A DNA stretch of 64,000 bases. Source: Octopus vulgaris. Its lineage: Eukaryota. The position numbers were made by a program, and so were the translations under genes. The notes under the pieces are model-generated. The model worked only from the letters and a program-made list of their open reading frames with translations. It made no database searches and was not told where the DNA came from. Numbering within the stretch: position 1 is the stretch's first letter; the number at the start of each line of letters is the position of its first letter. Shown piece after piece: positions 28,350-39,692 of this stretch. The DNA lies in contig OX597815.1 in the NCBI GenBank assembly GCA_951406725.2, forward strand, positions 34,720,001-34,784,000, given 5' to 3'.

Positions 28350-28572
28350 AAAAGCAGCAACCGATCGTGGCCGTTTGCCAGCCTCCTCTGGCCCTTGTGT
28401 CAGTGGCACGTAAAAAGCACCAGGCACCAGTCGGATCTGGCAATGTTTCTACAGCTGGACACCCTTCCTAATGCCAACCACTCTGTGAGTGTAGTGGGTG
28501 CTTTTTATGTGCCACCGACACAAGGGCCAGAGGAGGCTGGCAAACGCCCACGATCGGTTGCTGCCTTTACGT
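28350..28572 (-). mobile_element. Family C repeat, rearranged
   Basis: CAGCTGGACACCCTTCCTAATGCCAACCAC in the - orientation, with GTGGCACGTAAAAAGCACC in the opposite orientation. Confidence 0.7.
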
Positions 28573-29203
28573 GTCAGACTTTAGTTTTAGTTTTCATTTA
28601 CAACATGCAGGGACACAAAATGTACCTATTTTAAACCAGGGTACACATTGGTGAGAAGGTACCCATTTCCTTGCTGACCATTTCACTACTTTTCTGATAA
28701 AAACTTAGATTGAATCCAAATAACAAAGCATTAAGCCTTTTTTTGTTTTTATTCTACCAATCTGAATGTAAGCCTTTACGTATCTCCCTTACAAGAAATG
28801 TCTGGTTGTCAATGAGGCCCCTAGGAGGTGTAAACTATTTTAAAAACAGCCAAATGCCAGAAGGTGGTATTTTTTCTTATTTGGTGCCATTCTAAGATTA
28901 CAATATTGATAAAAATAAGAAATAGTTTTAATGAGGTTTTTTTTGTGTCATCAGCACAAGTACATAGAGATATTCTCATATCAGATTCAAGTACCTTCTC
29001 AAAACTACGTGGTTCAGCTTTGTTTTCAGTGACCTCTGAATGAGAGGTTTTACATTTCATTATAGCTGGTACACACACTTGTCAGATACTAGCAAAAAAA
29101 AAAAAAAAAAAAAAAAAAACAACCTTGGAGAGGAAAGTTCATGCTTGTATAACAGATGTGATAGGTACAAACAATACATAGTCCTGGTGTGTGTGGTATA
29201 CAA

Positions 29204-29437
29204 AGGCGGTCAACTGGCAGAAACGTTAGCACGCCGGGTGAAATGTTTAGTGGTATTTCGTCTGTCTTTACGTTGTGAGTTCAAATTCCGCCGAGGTTGA
29301 CTTTGCCTTTCATCCTTTCGGGGTCGATAAATTAAGTACCAGTTACGCACTGGGGTCAATGTAATTGACTTAATACCTTTGTCTGTCCTTGTTTGTCCCC
29401 TCTATGTTTAGCCCCTTGTGGGTAATGAAGAAATAGG
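29204..29437 (+). mobile_element. SINE family B, full length
   Basis: Head GGCGGTCAACTGGCAGAAACGTTAGC, B-box GAGTTCAAATTCC, body GCCTTTCATCCTTTCGGGGTCGATAAATTAAGTACC; several homologues in the window. Confidence 0.9.
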
Positions 29438-29751
29438 TGGTTCAGGAATAGTTGTGGAGATAATATGTTTGCTTTGCAATAACCGGTTCTAGGATCAATC
29501 CTGCTGTGTGCAACCTTGAGTATTTCTCTATCATAGCCTCATGTTAACATAATACGACATGAATGGAATCTTCTTCATTGTCTGCGTGAATCTTAGATGT
29601 ATATTGGACAAAATAATCCGAGACATTGAAATGGAAACAGAAAATCTGTGCCTTATGAAGTTTGCTTACTATATTTGTTCGCCATTGAGTTCAGTACTTC
29701 CATATCACTTTTGGTTTTTTTCTTTCTGCTTACAAATTTTTTATTTTAAAC

Positions 29752-30009
29752 CAGTAGTTCCCTAAGGGGGTGATACTGCCCTTTGGGGGATGTGGTGGGG
29801 TGGAAAGATCCAGGAGGGAGGGCATTGAAGAAAAGTGGGGTGGCCAAATGGAGGCGATGGATGTGGGAGAAAAAACCCCAAAATAATGGGTTAATTAGGT
29901 TAGTTGTTTTGAATTTGGTACAAAAAGTGGTCTGTGTTTGTGGAGGTGAGGTGCTGGGAATGTGGCCAGGGTGTTGGGGTTGCCGCCTGAAAACGTTTGG
30001 GAACCACTG
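29752..30009. mobile_element. hAT (Charlie-like) MITE
   Basis: TIRs CAGTAGTTCCC / GGGAACCACTG; 8-bp TSD TTTTAAAC at 29744-51 and 30010-17. Confidence 0.85.
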
Positions 30010-30339
30010 TTTTAAACCAACTGATTGAATTTTAAATTATATTATTGAAAATAAACAAGGAAAATTAAAAAAAAAAAAACCCCAAAAAACAACGGTGGTT
30101 AAGTAGCAGAAAATGGAAGGGTTACACACAACAGAACAAATGATGTTGTCATGGAGAATGGCCAGTGACACTGGTTGCAGCATCCACTCCACCTTGCAGG
30201 GCTCATTTCTCTGACGAACCACTGTTATCCCGATTTTGTGGAGAAAATTGGTAGTGTAAGGATCTGAAAACATCTGAGGTCTTGATGGCAGATTTAGGCC
30301 CCTGTACTTATGTCCCCACTTTCTTCTGAGTTCACAAAT

Positions 30340-30592
30340 TAACCTCAGGTTGACCAATGCCTTGGGAATTAATATGGCTGATAAAAACTGTATGGAAACC
30401 TGTTGTGTGTGTGATGTTTTATGTCTTACTTCACCCACTGCTTGACAGCCATTGTTGGTTTGTTTACATTCTCCATTACATAGTAGTTAAGCAACTGACA
30501 GAATAAGTACTGAATTGATTTGTTCAGCTAAAAGCCTTTAAGGTAGTTGCCCCAGCATGTCCACAGTCCACTGACTGAAACAAGTAGAAGAT
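30340..30592 (+). mobile_element. Degenerate SINE family A
   Basis: Remnants GACCAATGCCTTG, GAATAAGTACTG and CAGCATGTCCACAGTCCACTGACTGAAACAAGTA. Confidence 0.65.
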
Positions 30593-30691
30593 AAATGAGA
30601 TGAAAATTAAAACTAAAGATTTTAATGACTGATAGATACATTATAATTGAAATAGATGTGAAAAATCTGTTTCCAGAATTAAATAATTTAA

Positions 30692-30876
30692 CCCTTTCGT
30701 TATTTAATGTCTTGTTTTCATAAGTTTTTCATTAAAATCTTCCACCAAACTTTAGTTGCAATTTATGTTCCTAACACTAGCTTAATGATAAGTAAGTTAT
30801 TTTACTAAATTCTTTATTATATTTAAAATAATTGAAAGAAACAGAGCATCTCAAAATAAATACAGTAATGAAAGGG
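30692..30876. mobile_element. piggyBac-type MITE (subfamily 1), opposite orientation to 7783-7985
   Basis: TTAA|CCCTTTCGTTA ... TAATGAAAGGG|TTAA; internal sequence is the reverse complement of the first copy. Confidence 0.85.
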
Positions 30877-31374
30877 TTAAAGCTGTTAATGTCTGCCAAA
30901 TTCTCTTACAAGGAAACTTTTTGGTAAAATGAGGAGTAATGGTTTCTTTAAGAGATTATTGAGCACTTTCTATATTAAATTAATGGTAGGGTACCATATA
31001 ACATTCTATACTTTAGTTATTGAGTCATACCATAGCAGTACGATGTCTGTTGATCTCGTCATAGGTAGAGGAAGTAACAAATGGGCTTGGTAGTTCAAGA
31101 GCTGCCCTTTCTTTCCTTTTATCTGCTGCTATTTCAGGTGTACTTTATCAGTTTTCATGAAGTGAGAAAAATATCTTGTCACTTAGACAAAAGTATTATC
31201 ATTACACCAAAGGCTCGGTTACTAAGTGTGTGTGTGTGTGCATGCGTGTGTGACATAGCTTAATTTAGTTTTGGTGGTGTTACTATTAAGAAGTTATTTG
31301 TCAGTATCATTATGTTGTCTGTGTGGCACTTTTCTGTTTTCTCATAAAAGAATATGAGTCTTTATATACATATA

Positions 31375-31780
31375 GGCACAGGAGTGGCTGTGTGGTAAGT
31401 GGCTTGTTTACCAACCACATGGTTCCGGGTTCAGTCCCACTGCGTGGCACCTTGGGCAAGTGTCTTCTACTATAGCCTCGGGCCGACCAAAGCCATGTGA
31501 GAGGATTTGGTAGACGGAAACTGAAAAGAAGCCCGTTGTATATATGTATATATATATATATATGCGTGTGTGTGTGTTTGTGTTTGTCCCCCTAGCATTG
31601 CTTGACAGCTGATGCTGATGTGTTTATGTCCCCGTTACTTAGCAGTTCGGCAAAAGAGACCGATAGAATAAGTACTGGGCTTACAAAAAGAATAAATCCT
31701 GGTGTCGAGTTGCTCGATTAAAGGCGGTGCTCCAGCATGGCCACAGTCAAATGACTGAAACAAGTAAAAGAGTAAAAGAG
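31375..31780 (+). mobile_element. tRNA-derived SINE family A, full length
   Basis: Same A/B boxes, body and (GTAAAAGA)2 tail; TA-rich flanks. Confidence 0.92.
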
Positions 31781-32308
31781 TATATATATAATGTATATTT
31801 AAACATTAGTTCTTTCAGCCATTTATGCATCGTAATTAATGTAAATACATTGTTGAAAGGCAATTTACACTTGTTATTTGTCTGGACATAACATCTCTTA
31901 TGAATGTACTGTGTTTAAAAACAATACTTATCAGAGGGTGATAAACTGTGGCTAATGGGAATGCCAGATGTATTTCGGTCTTCATCATCTTTACCAATTG
32001 TATGTACTCAGAACTAAGTTGCATACATAGATTAGGTTTGTTGCCTCTGAGATATAAGAAACAATGAATATATATTCACTGATATTGTAAATTGTCACCC
32101 AGCTGAATAAAAATCTGTTTATCTGTAATGGAAGCAGTATTAAATCAGAATAGCCATCTATGTATCATACTTAATGTAAATGCATTTAGATAAAATTGTG
32201 TCCGATATTGATTTGAGTGACATTATTTGTTTGTCCATAATTCATAATTTTAACCATTATTTTTTCTTTCTTTCTCAACAGATTGTGAATATCGAAATAT
32301 TTAACAAG

Positions 32309-33048
32309 ATGTCATCCCCTACACCGTCCCAGAGTGACACAGGTACCAGTGGCTCAACATCTTCGGACAGTGAAATTAGCTTAGAATCTTGTTCTCCAGG
32401 CCTCAGCACAAAATGTCCAATTTGCCAGGAGACGTATACTATGCCCCGCGTCCTAAACTGCTTCCATACATTTTGTCAACCATGCATTGAAAAACAACAA
32501 GATAATCCCGAGAGAGTGATTTGTCCTGAATGCAACCATGAAACTTACCTTGGATCCCTTGGGGTTTCAGGTCTCATGCAAGATTACGCAGTAAGCAATA
32601 TCCTAGAAACCTCTGCTATCGATGCTAACGGTCTTCACTGCACTGGATGCAAGAGTAAAGATACTACTGCAGTTGCTAAGTGCTACGACTGTGCTAACTT
32701 TTTATGTGCTAACTGCGTGATGGCGCACCAGTTTATGCATTGTTTTGAGGGCCATCGGGTTCTCACATTTACCGAAGTACAAGGTGGAAAAGAAGAACTT
32801 CAGAGTGAAAAGCCAGTGGCTTGTCCACGGCACCGACACGAAGTGATTAAATTCTTCTGTAAAACATGCTCGGCACCAATTTGTAAAGAATGTACATTAT
32901 TTGAACACGGCCGAGGACACGAGTGCCATTTTATTTTGGATGTAAGTGACAAGCAAGTAGATATTCTTCGCCGTTTATCTGATGATGCCAAAGCCAAAGC
33001 ATCAGACTTACGCCAAATTGCTAAAGGAATTGAACACATTAACAGCAG
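32309..33048 (+). CDS. brat: TRIM-NHL brain tumor (Brat/NCL-1)-like protein, coding exon 1 (RING, B-box1, B-box2, start of coiled coil)
   Basis: Pyrimidine tract and CAG acceptor ending 32281; ATG at 32309 (AAGATGT). C3HC4 RING CPIC...CFHTFCQPC...CPEC, B-box1 CTGC...CYDCANFLCANCVMAHQFMHCFEGH, B-box2 CPRH...CKTC...CKEC...H. Donor AG|GTAAGT after 33048 (phase 2). The frame is open back to the acceptor, so an upstream coding exon is not excluded. Confidence 0.92.
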
Positions 33049-33081
33049 GTAAGTCAATTTATTGCTGTCTTAGGCTGCAAA

Positions 33082-33658
33082 TATTCCGTATTGGTGTAGT
33101 GGTAGAGCCAACCACAACCATATGCCAATACTGGCATAGCTAAGTTGTTCAGAAGTTTACTAGTAAACCATTTAATTTTGGGTTTGGTTCCATTGTGCAG
33201 CACCTTGGATCCTTGGATAAGTGTCTTCTACTATCGCCCCAGGCCAAGAAAGGCCTTTTGTGGTATTTAGTCGATGGAAACTGTAGGAAGCCTGTCGTGT
33301 GTATGCATGTGGATGTTCACCTTATGACTGGTTGTTCTGTACTTTCAGGAGAAATGAGGAATATAAAACTATTCTGTATTGGTGTAGTGGTAGAGCCAAC
33401 CATGACCATACGCCAATACTGGCATAGCTAAATTGTTCAGAAGTTTACTAGTGAATCATATAATTTTGGGTTTGGTTCCATTGTGCAGCACCTTGGATCC
33501 TTGGATAAGTGTCCTCTACTATAGTCCCAGGCCAAGAAAGGCCTTGTGTGGAAATTTAGTCGATGGAAACTGTAGGAAGCCTGTCGTGTGTATGCATGTG
33601 GATGTTCACCTTATGACTGGTTGTTCTGTACTTTCTGGAGAAACGAGGAATATAAAAC
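33082..33658 (+). repeat. Direct tandem duplication, 2 x ~288 bp, containing a degenerate SINE A head
   Basis: 33082-33369 and 33370-33658 align end to end at about 95% identity by eye. Confidence 0.93.
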
Positions 33659-36600
33659 TCCTTACTCGAAAACTAGTAAGCCTCAGAATAAGATCCCTGT
33701 TAAAACCCACTTTAGTACTGAAAAACAAAGTTAAAGAAACTGATAAATTGACTTCAGAGCAATAGTGCTATTGATTGGGCTGTTATACCTATAGCAGGAT
33801 AGTGACTATAGATTTGTGGTAATTATAGAGGTATTATAGAGGTAATTATGATGTTGTGTTGGTTGTAGTAGCAACTATAGAACTGGGCTTATTTTATTGC
33901 ATTGCGTATTGTGCAGTGTGACCTAATCATCTCAGGTTTGATCCCACTGCATAGGTGCTTTTTTTACTACAGCTTCAGATCAACCCCAAGACTTGTAGAG
34001 GAAATTGGGAAAATGGAAACTAGAAATATGTCAGGTAGACTATACCTGGAATTGAAGAATCCAGCTTTGTCACAAACTATGCCATGCTGATTCTGCCTTA
34101 GTAGTCTCTGAGTAGTTAAGGCTACATATGTCTGTGGAATACTCAGCCACTTACACAGTAAATAAGTGTATTGACCAACTGGACATTCATCATGCATGCA
34201 TTTCTGTATTGTCTGTAGAGTTGTAGTGATCAAAAAGCACAGTCTGTGCTCCTTATTTGTGTCACATTTGGTTATAAGTGTGACAGCTTCAGAAGTGCCC
34301 TATTGTTGCTATATTTCTAATGATAATACACACACATGCTTCATATAAATTCTGAAACAATTGTGAATTCATTGACTGGGTTTGTGAGTAGCTTTTCAAA
34401 TGGTTTTTACATTAATTCATAATAGAATTTGTCTCAGAACTGTTTTAATTACATCTAAGTTACAAGTAAAATCTGAAATATGAAACTTATGTAAATTATG
34501 TTTTAATGCTATTTATTATTAATTAGTTTGTTTTTATTATATTAAATTATTTTATATTATATTATATTATATTATATTATATTATTATACTATATTATAT
34601 TACTAACCCATGCCAGCATAGAAAACGGACATTAATGATTATGATAATGACAATGTAATTCATATCAAATTAGATTATTTTATTTAATTATCTTTATGGC
34701 AGAAATAGCTGCACTTTGTTCAGTTTGTGTTTTGCATAGCAACTTGTGCCACCTATTATTATATGCAAGACTAAAGTGGAACGAACAAATGTAAATAGTC
34801 AATAGGTTTTAAGTCCTGGAGATGACTGACTGAGTGGGTCTGGATACTTGTGAAAATTTTGTACTGGAAGTCATCACTTTTAATACCATTTACCTAACAT
34901 TGTTTACACATTTTGAAATTGAAACACCTGTCCCATGGTTCAAAGTCCGCCATGTGTTTTACTTTAATAGTTAATTTTATTTTATTTACTTTTCATCATC
35001 ATCTTCCATCATTTAACATCCATATTACATACTTGCATTTAAAAATTTAATTTTGAAGTTGCTGAAACTAAATTTTGATGGTTATATAATTCAACATTTA
35101 TAGAAAAAGCAGAACATTTTTTTTCAAAAATGTAACTTTTTTTTTTGTTGTTACATGGAAAACAAATATTCCCCAAGAAAGCCTAGAATTCCTAAACAAA
35201 AATATCAGATGATGTACAGCAAATGTTTGTCTAGTGAAATCACATGTTATCGCTAATGCAGTATGGGTAGTATTTACATAAATATTTTGATTTAAATATG
35301 AATAGGTAAATGCTGGGTGGTCTCCTGCAGGTTTGGTGTAGTATAATGACAGACAGGAGGGATTGAGTTGGTAACAAAAGAGTTAAAGGTCTAATGGCCT
35401 TATCCTATATTAGGACTATCCAATATCTGAAGTATATTTCCTTTCATGTTTGATGTATTATCTGCTTGTTTTTATGCAACTTTTGATACTTAAAAATTTC
35501 TTTACATTTAAAAGCACTTAATGCAAGTCATATATATTATTTTGGTTAATTTCCATTGAATTGACACACTTCAGACAATATCACAGTGTTGGCTAATAAG
35601 TAAATTTAACTGATTGTAAGATCACACTTATAGTTTTTTTTAAATTTATGTTTTAAGAGAAAAACTTAACTGAAGCACTAAGAACAAAAAGCAAATTTTA
35701 TGAGTTTCTGTTTTTAATTACAAGATAATGTAGATAATTTTATGTTCTACTTTATGTTAAAATGTTTTTGCTTTTGATATCCTTGTAATGAAGATTGCTA
35801 TTGTTGTTATTGGTTAGCCTTTTATGATAATTGATCAAATAAGATGTTTCAGCAGCATTTTAAAAACATACTCTTGTTTTCAGAAAGAGTAGTTTAAGAT
35901 TTTAGGCTTTTGGTAATGGCAAGAATTTAGTAATGGAGTAGTTTGACATGGCAGCATAGAAGCTTCCTTGTTGACTTGCACAAGTTCTTATTTTCCCTCT
36001 TAAATGATGGTATTAAAGCAAGTGTTTATGTCTTGTCTAAAGAAACAACTGAACACATTTCAAGAATTCGCAATCATCTCTTTTCATTATTGTTTTCAAT
36101 TAGAAAGCTCATTATTCATAGACATTATGGCACCTTTTGGATTTTATAGATGTAGAAGCTAATTGAGATTAGTTGAGTTGAACTTTAGTGCATTGTAGGA
36201 AACGAATAATTTTTGGTATGATATCTGTTTCATGGAAGTTTCAGAGAGAAGGAACAGAGGGTATTTAATGAAAAAGCAGAGAGGGAAGTAGAAGAGATGG
36301 ACTAGTTTTCTAGTGTTGTAGTGTGTTTGCTGTTAGTAATTTCTATAGAACTCAAGTTTGTTGTAGTTTTAGTAGAAAAACTGTAGGAGGATGCAATGAA
36401 GAATTAGAAATGTGAAAGGATGTTTAATGATCAGAGATGAATAAATTTAATCCTTGTTACTTTAACCAAAAATTTGCACTACATCCATCTTAATAACAAA
36501 AAAGAAAATGCTGTGAGACCTAGGTTGTTAACATAACTTCTGTTATGGCCTCGAGAGCTCTAATAAATAGGAAGTAACTGAGGATTGAATCTTAATGGAC

Positions 36601-37499
36601 TCCTATCTTTTTGACTAACCTCCTCATTGATCTCATTAGTAACTCACATTTTGTTCATAACCGCTCTGTACATGGTTTTCATCTTTACATAACATGATAC
36701 TCTGTTAAAAGCTTTCTCTAAATTGACAAGGTAGATGAGTTTATATCTTCACTAAGAACTTCTGTAGTTGTCTCAGTAGGAAGAATGCTTCAATGGCAGC
36801 CCCCAAATTGCATCTCATCTAAATTAATTCGTTTTACTAATCAGCTATGCTATGACTAAGTTACTTTCATGCCCTTGTCAATCAGTTTGAGGTGCCTTGA
36901 GTTGCTTCTTTCTAGAGCGCTTTCTTCGCCTCATGTAGCTGTTGACCTTGATTCAACTACACCATTCATTGAATAAATCTCCCTCTCTGCTTGATTAATT
37001 TAACTATATGCCTTGTAATTGTCCTAATTGAGACATTTTCTATCACCTGGCTGCTATTCCTGATACTCCAGCTACTTCTCTTGCCATTTGTATCCTTAAT
37101 TACATCTTCAATCTTGTATCAGTAGCTAGTGTCTCTCTTGTGTAGTCTCTCTTTCTGCTATTTATTCCCTTCACACAATAATGTCTAGTTGTAATATTTT
37201 CCATACCTCTCAGCATTATTGAGAGTTAAGTGCACCACTGTCACTTCACACTTTTCTCAAACAACATTTTGATTTGCACCGACACAGAACTCAACATATG
37301 CCAGAGTATCCATTATAGTGTCACCTTGCATGTCAGTGTAAAGTCACCAGCTAATGACAACGCAGTTGCTGTGATTTGTTATGGAAAAAGTCAGTAAGGG
37401 AACACATCTTAGAAATGGTTCTTTCACTCATCTGTCAATTGTACTTGTGATACATATGCAGAAATGATTACTCTGTACTTAATTATTCTGATGTCACAT

Positions 37500-37683
37500 A
37501 ATAAGCATCCAGTCTACACTGTAATGTGGTTGGCGTTTAGAAGGGCATCCAGCTGTAAAATCCCTGCAAAAACAGACACAGAAGCTTGGTGCAGGCTCCT
37601 TCCTGATCAACTCCTGTCAAACCATCCAATTCATATCAGCATAGAAGGCAGACTTTAAATGAAGATGATGATGATGATGATGA
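37500..37683 (+). mobile_element. Family C repeat
   Basis: GTGGTTGGCGTTTAGAAGGGCATCCAGCTGTAAAA followed by a (GAT)n tail. Confidence 0.75.
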
Positions 37684-38654
37684 GATATGCTCTCTCACTT
37701 CATCCATTCTCTAGCTACAATATGCCAACTCCACTCAGTCCAGTCATGTTACTCATCCAGAAAATTTGTACCTGTGTCCCATGAGAATTCTGGTTGAGTC
37801 TAACTTCCATTTTATCATTTGAAAACAGTGCACATTTACTTGTTTTCCACTCTAGTAACCCTGAAATCTTTGTAGAGCTTAATGCCTTTCATTACGCCAA
37901 CATTCTGGTAACCTTGAAGTTTTGCAATCCTGATACTGATGATGATGATGGCAGTGGTGGTGGTGGTGGCGGCAGCAGAAGTTGTTTGTCCATTTTCTGC
38001 ATTTGAAAAGAAGAGAGTTGTAGATTCATCATCATTAACTACCACCACTGCCACTACTACATATCACTGTGATCATCTTGCAGGAATTAATTTCATCTCC
38101 TAATTGAAATTCCTGAAAAATCAACTTTGCTTTTCATTTTCCTGGTGGAGTGGCTGTAAAAGATATACCAAGTAAACACTGTTTATAGGGTTAAATCACC
38201 TGTACTGTGTAATCATTTACCTAATGTGAAAACGCAATAATTGTTTTTCACCTATTTTCAAAATTTTCATCAAGGTTTCTGTCTTGGTGGAATTGGTTTA
38301 TGCAAATTGGAACATTTTAACAATACTTTTCCTTCCTTTAAATCTCTCAACTGCGAAGATTTAAGTGTGACAAAGTACTTAGCCAGACAGATTAAAAGCC
38401 GTCAAATGTCTCCTGCTTAAGGAAACAAATTATATAACGGCTTTAGTGAAATCATAATTTCAAGGGCTATTAACACCATCTTAAGAATATATATATACTT
38501 ACAGTATTTATCGTTACACTAGATTTTCTTTGGTGTGATCTTACTTAGCATCAGTTGTCTTGTTGCTTGGTGTATATGTACCTGATTCCAGACTAGAAAC
38601 TATTATTTCCAAAGCAAGGTTTGTAATGTCATTATGTGTATGTGTGTGTGTCTC

Positions 38655-38885
38655 ATCATCGTCATCATCATCATCATCATCATCCTTTAATGTCCATTTT
38701 CCATGCTGGCTCTGATCGGACACTTTGACCAGAGCAGGCAAGCCTGGAGAGCTGCACCAGGTTTCAGTCTGATTTGGCTTGGTTACTATGACCAGTTGCC
38801 CTTCTTAATACCAATCACTTTACAAAGTGTGCCTGGTACTTTTTAACATGGCACCAGCATGGGTGCTTTTACATGGAACTGGTAC
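38655..38885 (-). mobile_element. Family C repeat
   Basis: (CAT)n, TTTAATGTCCATTTTCCATGCTGG and TGCCCTTCTTAATACCAATCAC. Confidence 0.72.
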
Positions 38886-38994
38886 AAGGCTCTTGTAAGC
38901 CAATCCTCTTCAACAAGAGGAGCAGCATTATATAATTATACATACATACATATATATATATATATATTTAGTGTAGGAAGAATTCCTTTTTATT

Positions 38995-39080
38995 ATTTTC
39001 TACATATGTTTCAAAGGCTGCAAAGTCCCTAATTCGGATTGAATAAGGAGTCCATTTTGCAGCCTTCTCTTCAGGAAAAT
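38995..39080 (-). ncRNA. Type I hammerhead ribozyme motif, inverted copy
   Basis: Reverse-complement copy of 39303-39388 with identical core and stems I and III; the 3 differences lie in the distal part of stem II. Confidence 0.8.
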
Positions 39081-39302
39081 CCAGGAACTTAATTCTCCAA
39101 CAAAATGCACAGCAAGCTCTTCGACAAAACGCTCACGAGGAGCCCATGGAATAAATGGCACAAACTGTCTATCTATATGCGTTGACGCCAGGCTGGGTCA
39201 ACGCATATAGATAGACAGTTTGTGCCATTTATTCCATGGGCTCCTCGTGAGCGTTTTGTCGAAAAGCTTGCTGTGCATTTTGTTGGAGAATTAAGTTCCT
39301 GG

Positions 39303-39388
39303 ATTTTCCTGAAGAGAAGGCTGCAAAATAGACTCCTTATTCAATCTGAATTAGGGTCTTTGCAGCCTTTGAAACATATGTAGAAAAT
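39303..39388 (+). ncRNA. Type I hammerhead ribozyme motif (minimal stem III, long stem II), sense to brat
   Basis: Stem I ATTTTC (39303-08) with GAAAAT (39383-88); core CTGAAGA (39309-15); stem II GAAGGCTGCAAA (39316-27) with TTTGCAGCCTTT (39359-70); GAAA (39371-74); C-ATAT-G; GTA triplet with predicted cut after A39382. Confidence 0.82.
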
Positions 39389-39692
39389 AATAAAAAGGAA
39401 TTTTGTTAAATCTTCGTTCAGCTCCATTTCTTCCTACACTAAATATATAAAACTTCAAATTTCCGCACTAAGGCACGGATTTTAGGCCCCGTGGTCGTAA
39501 CCTCAACTGTGCTTTTTCTGTTGTGATTTTTGCTACCCAGGTATCGGTTATCTTTTGAATTATCCATAATAAGATAATTCATTTATCTACTTCAATATAT
39601 ATATCAACTCACACATAATGCCTTAATTCTCCACATCATTTGTTTATTTTGGTTTATGTCATTGTTCTTAAACATTTTTCTGTTGCCTTCAG

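Larger units (their letters stand above)
38981..39402. repeat. Long inverted repeat: 206-bp arms, 10-nt loop
   Basis: 38981-39186 is the reverse complement of 39197-39402 with 4 differences. After a 27-nt bulge (39403-39429), pairing resumes for 20 bp (38961-38980 with 39430-39449). Confidence 0.97.
38961..39604. mobile_element. Penelope-like element remnant: two pseudo-LTR-like copies in inverted orientation within a (TA)n tract
   Basis: Inverted arms with both 3' ends pointing outward, a minimal hammerhead motif in each, and (TA)n at both boundaries. No RT or GIY-YIG ORF is seen, so the class is inferred from architecture. Confidence 0.65.
33049..39692 (+). other. Phase-2 GT-AG intron of brat (6644 nt)
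   Basis: GTAAGT donor and YAG acceptor join the two ORFs in frame (HINSR/LQIQYQ), with no domain obviously missing between them. Confidence 0.88.

Noticed and set aside
32180-32308. N-terminal extension MHLDKIV... of the 290-aa ORF
   Set aside because: It runs through a pyrimidine tract and CAG acceptor at 32281, so most of it is intronic.
38981-39402. Hairpin as a pre-miRNA or TIR-type MITE
   Set aside because: Much longer than an animal pre-miRNA, asymmetric ends with no defined TSD, and the hammerhead cores fit a Penelope-like origin better.
39640-39692. N-terminus MFILVYV... of the 528-aa ORF as an independent start
   Set aside because: Non-ATG start (TTG) upstream of the acceptor; the phase matches splicing from exon 1.
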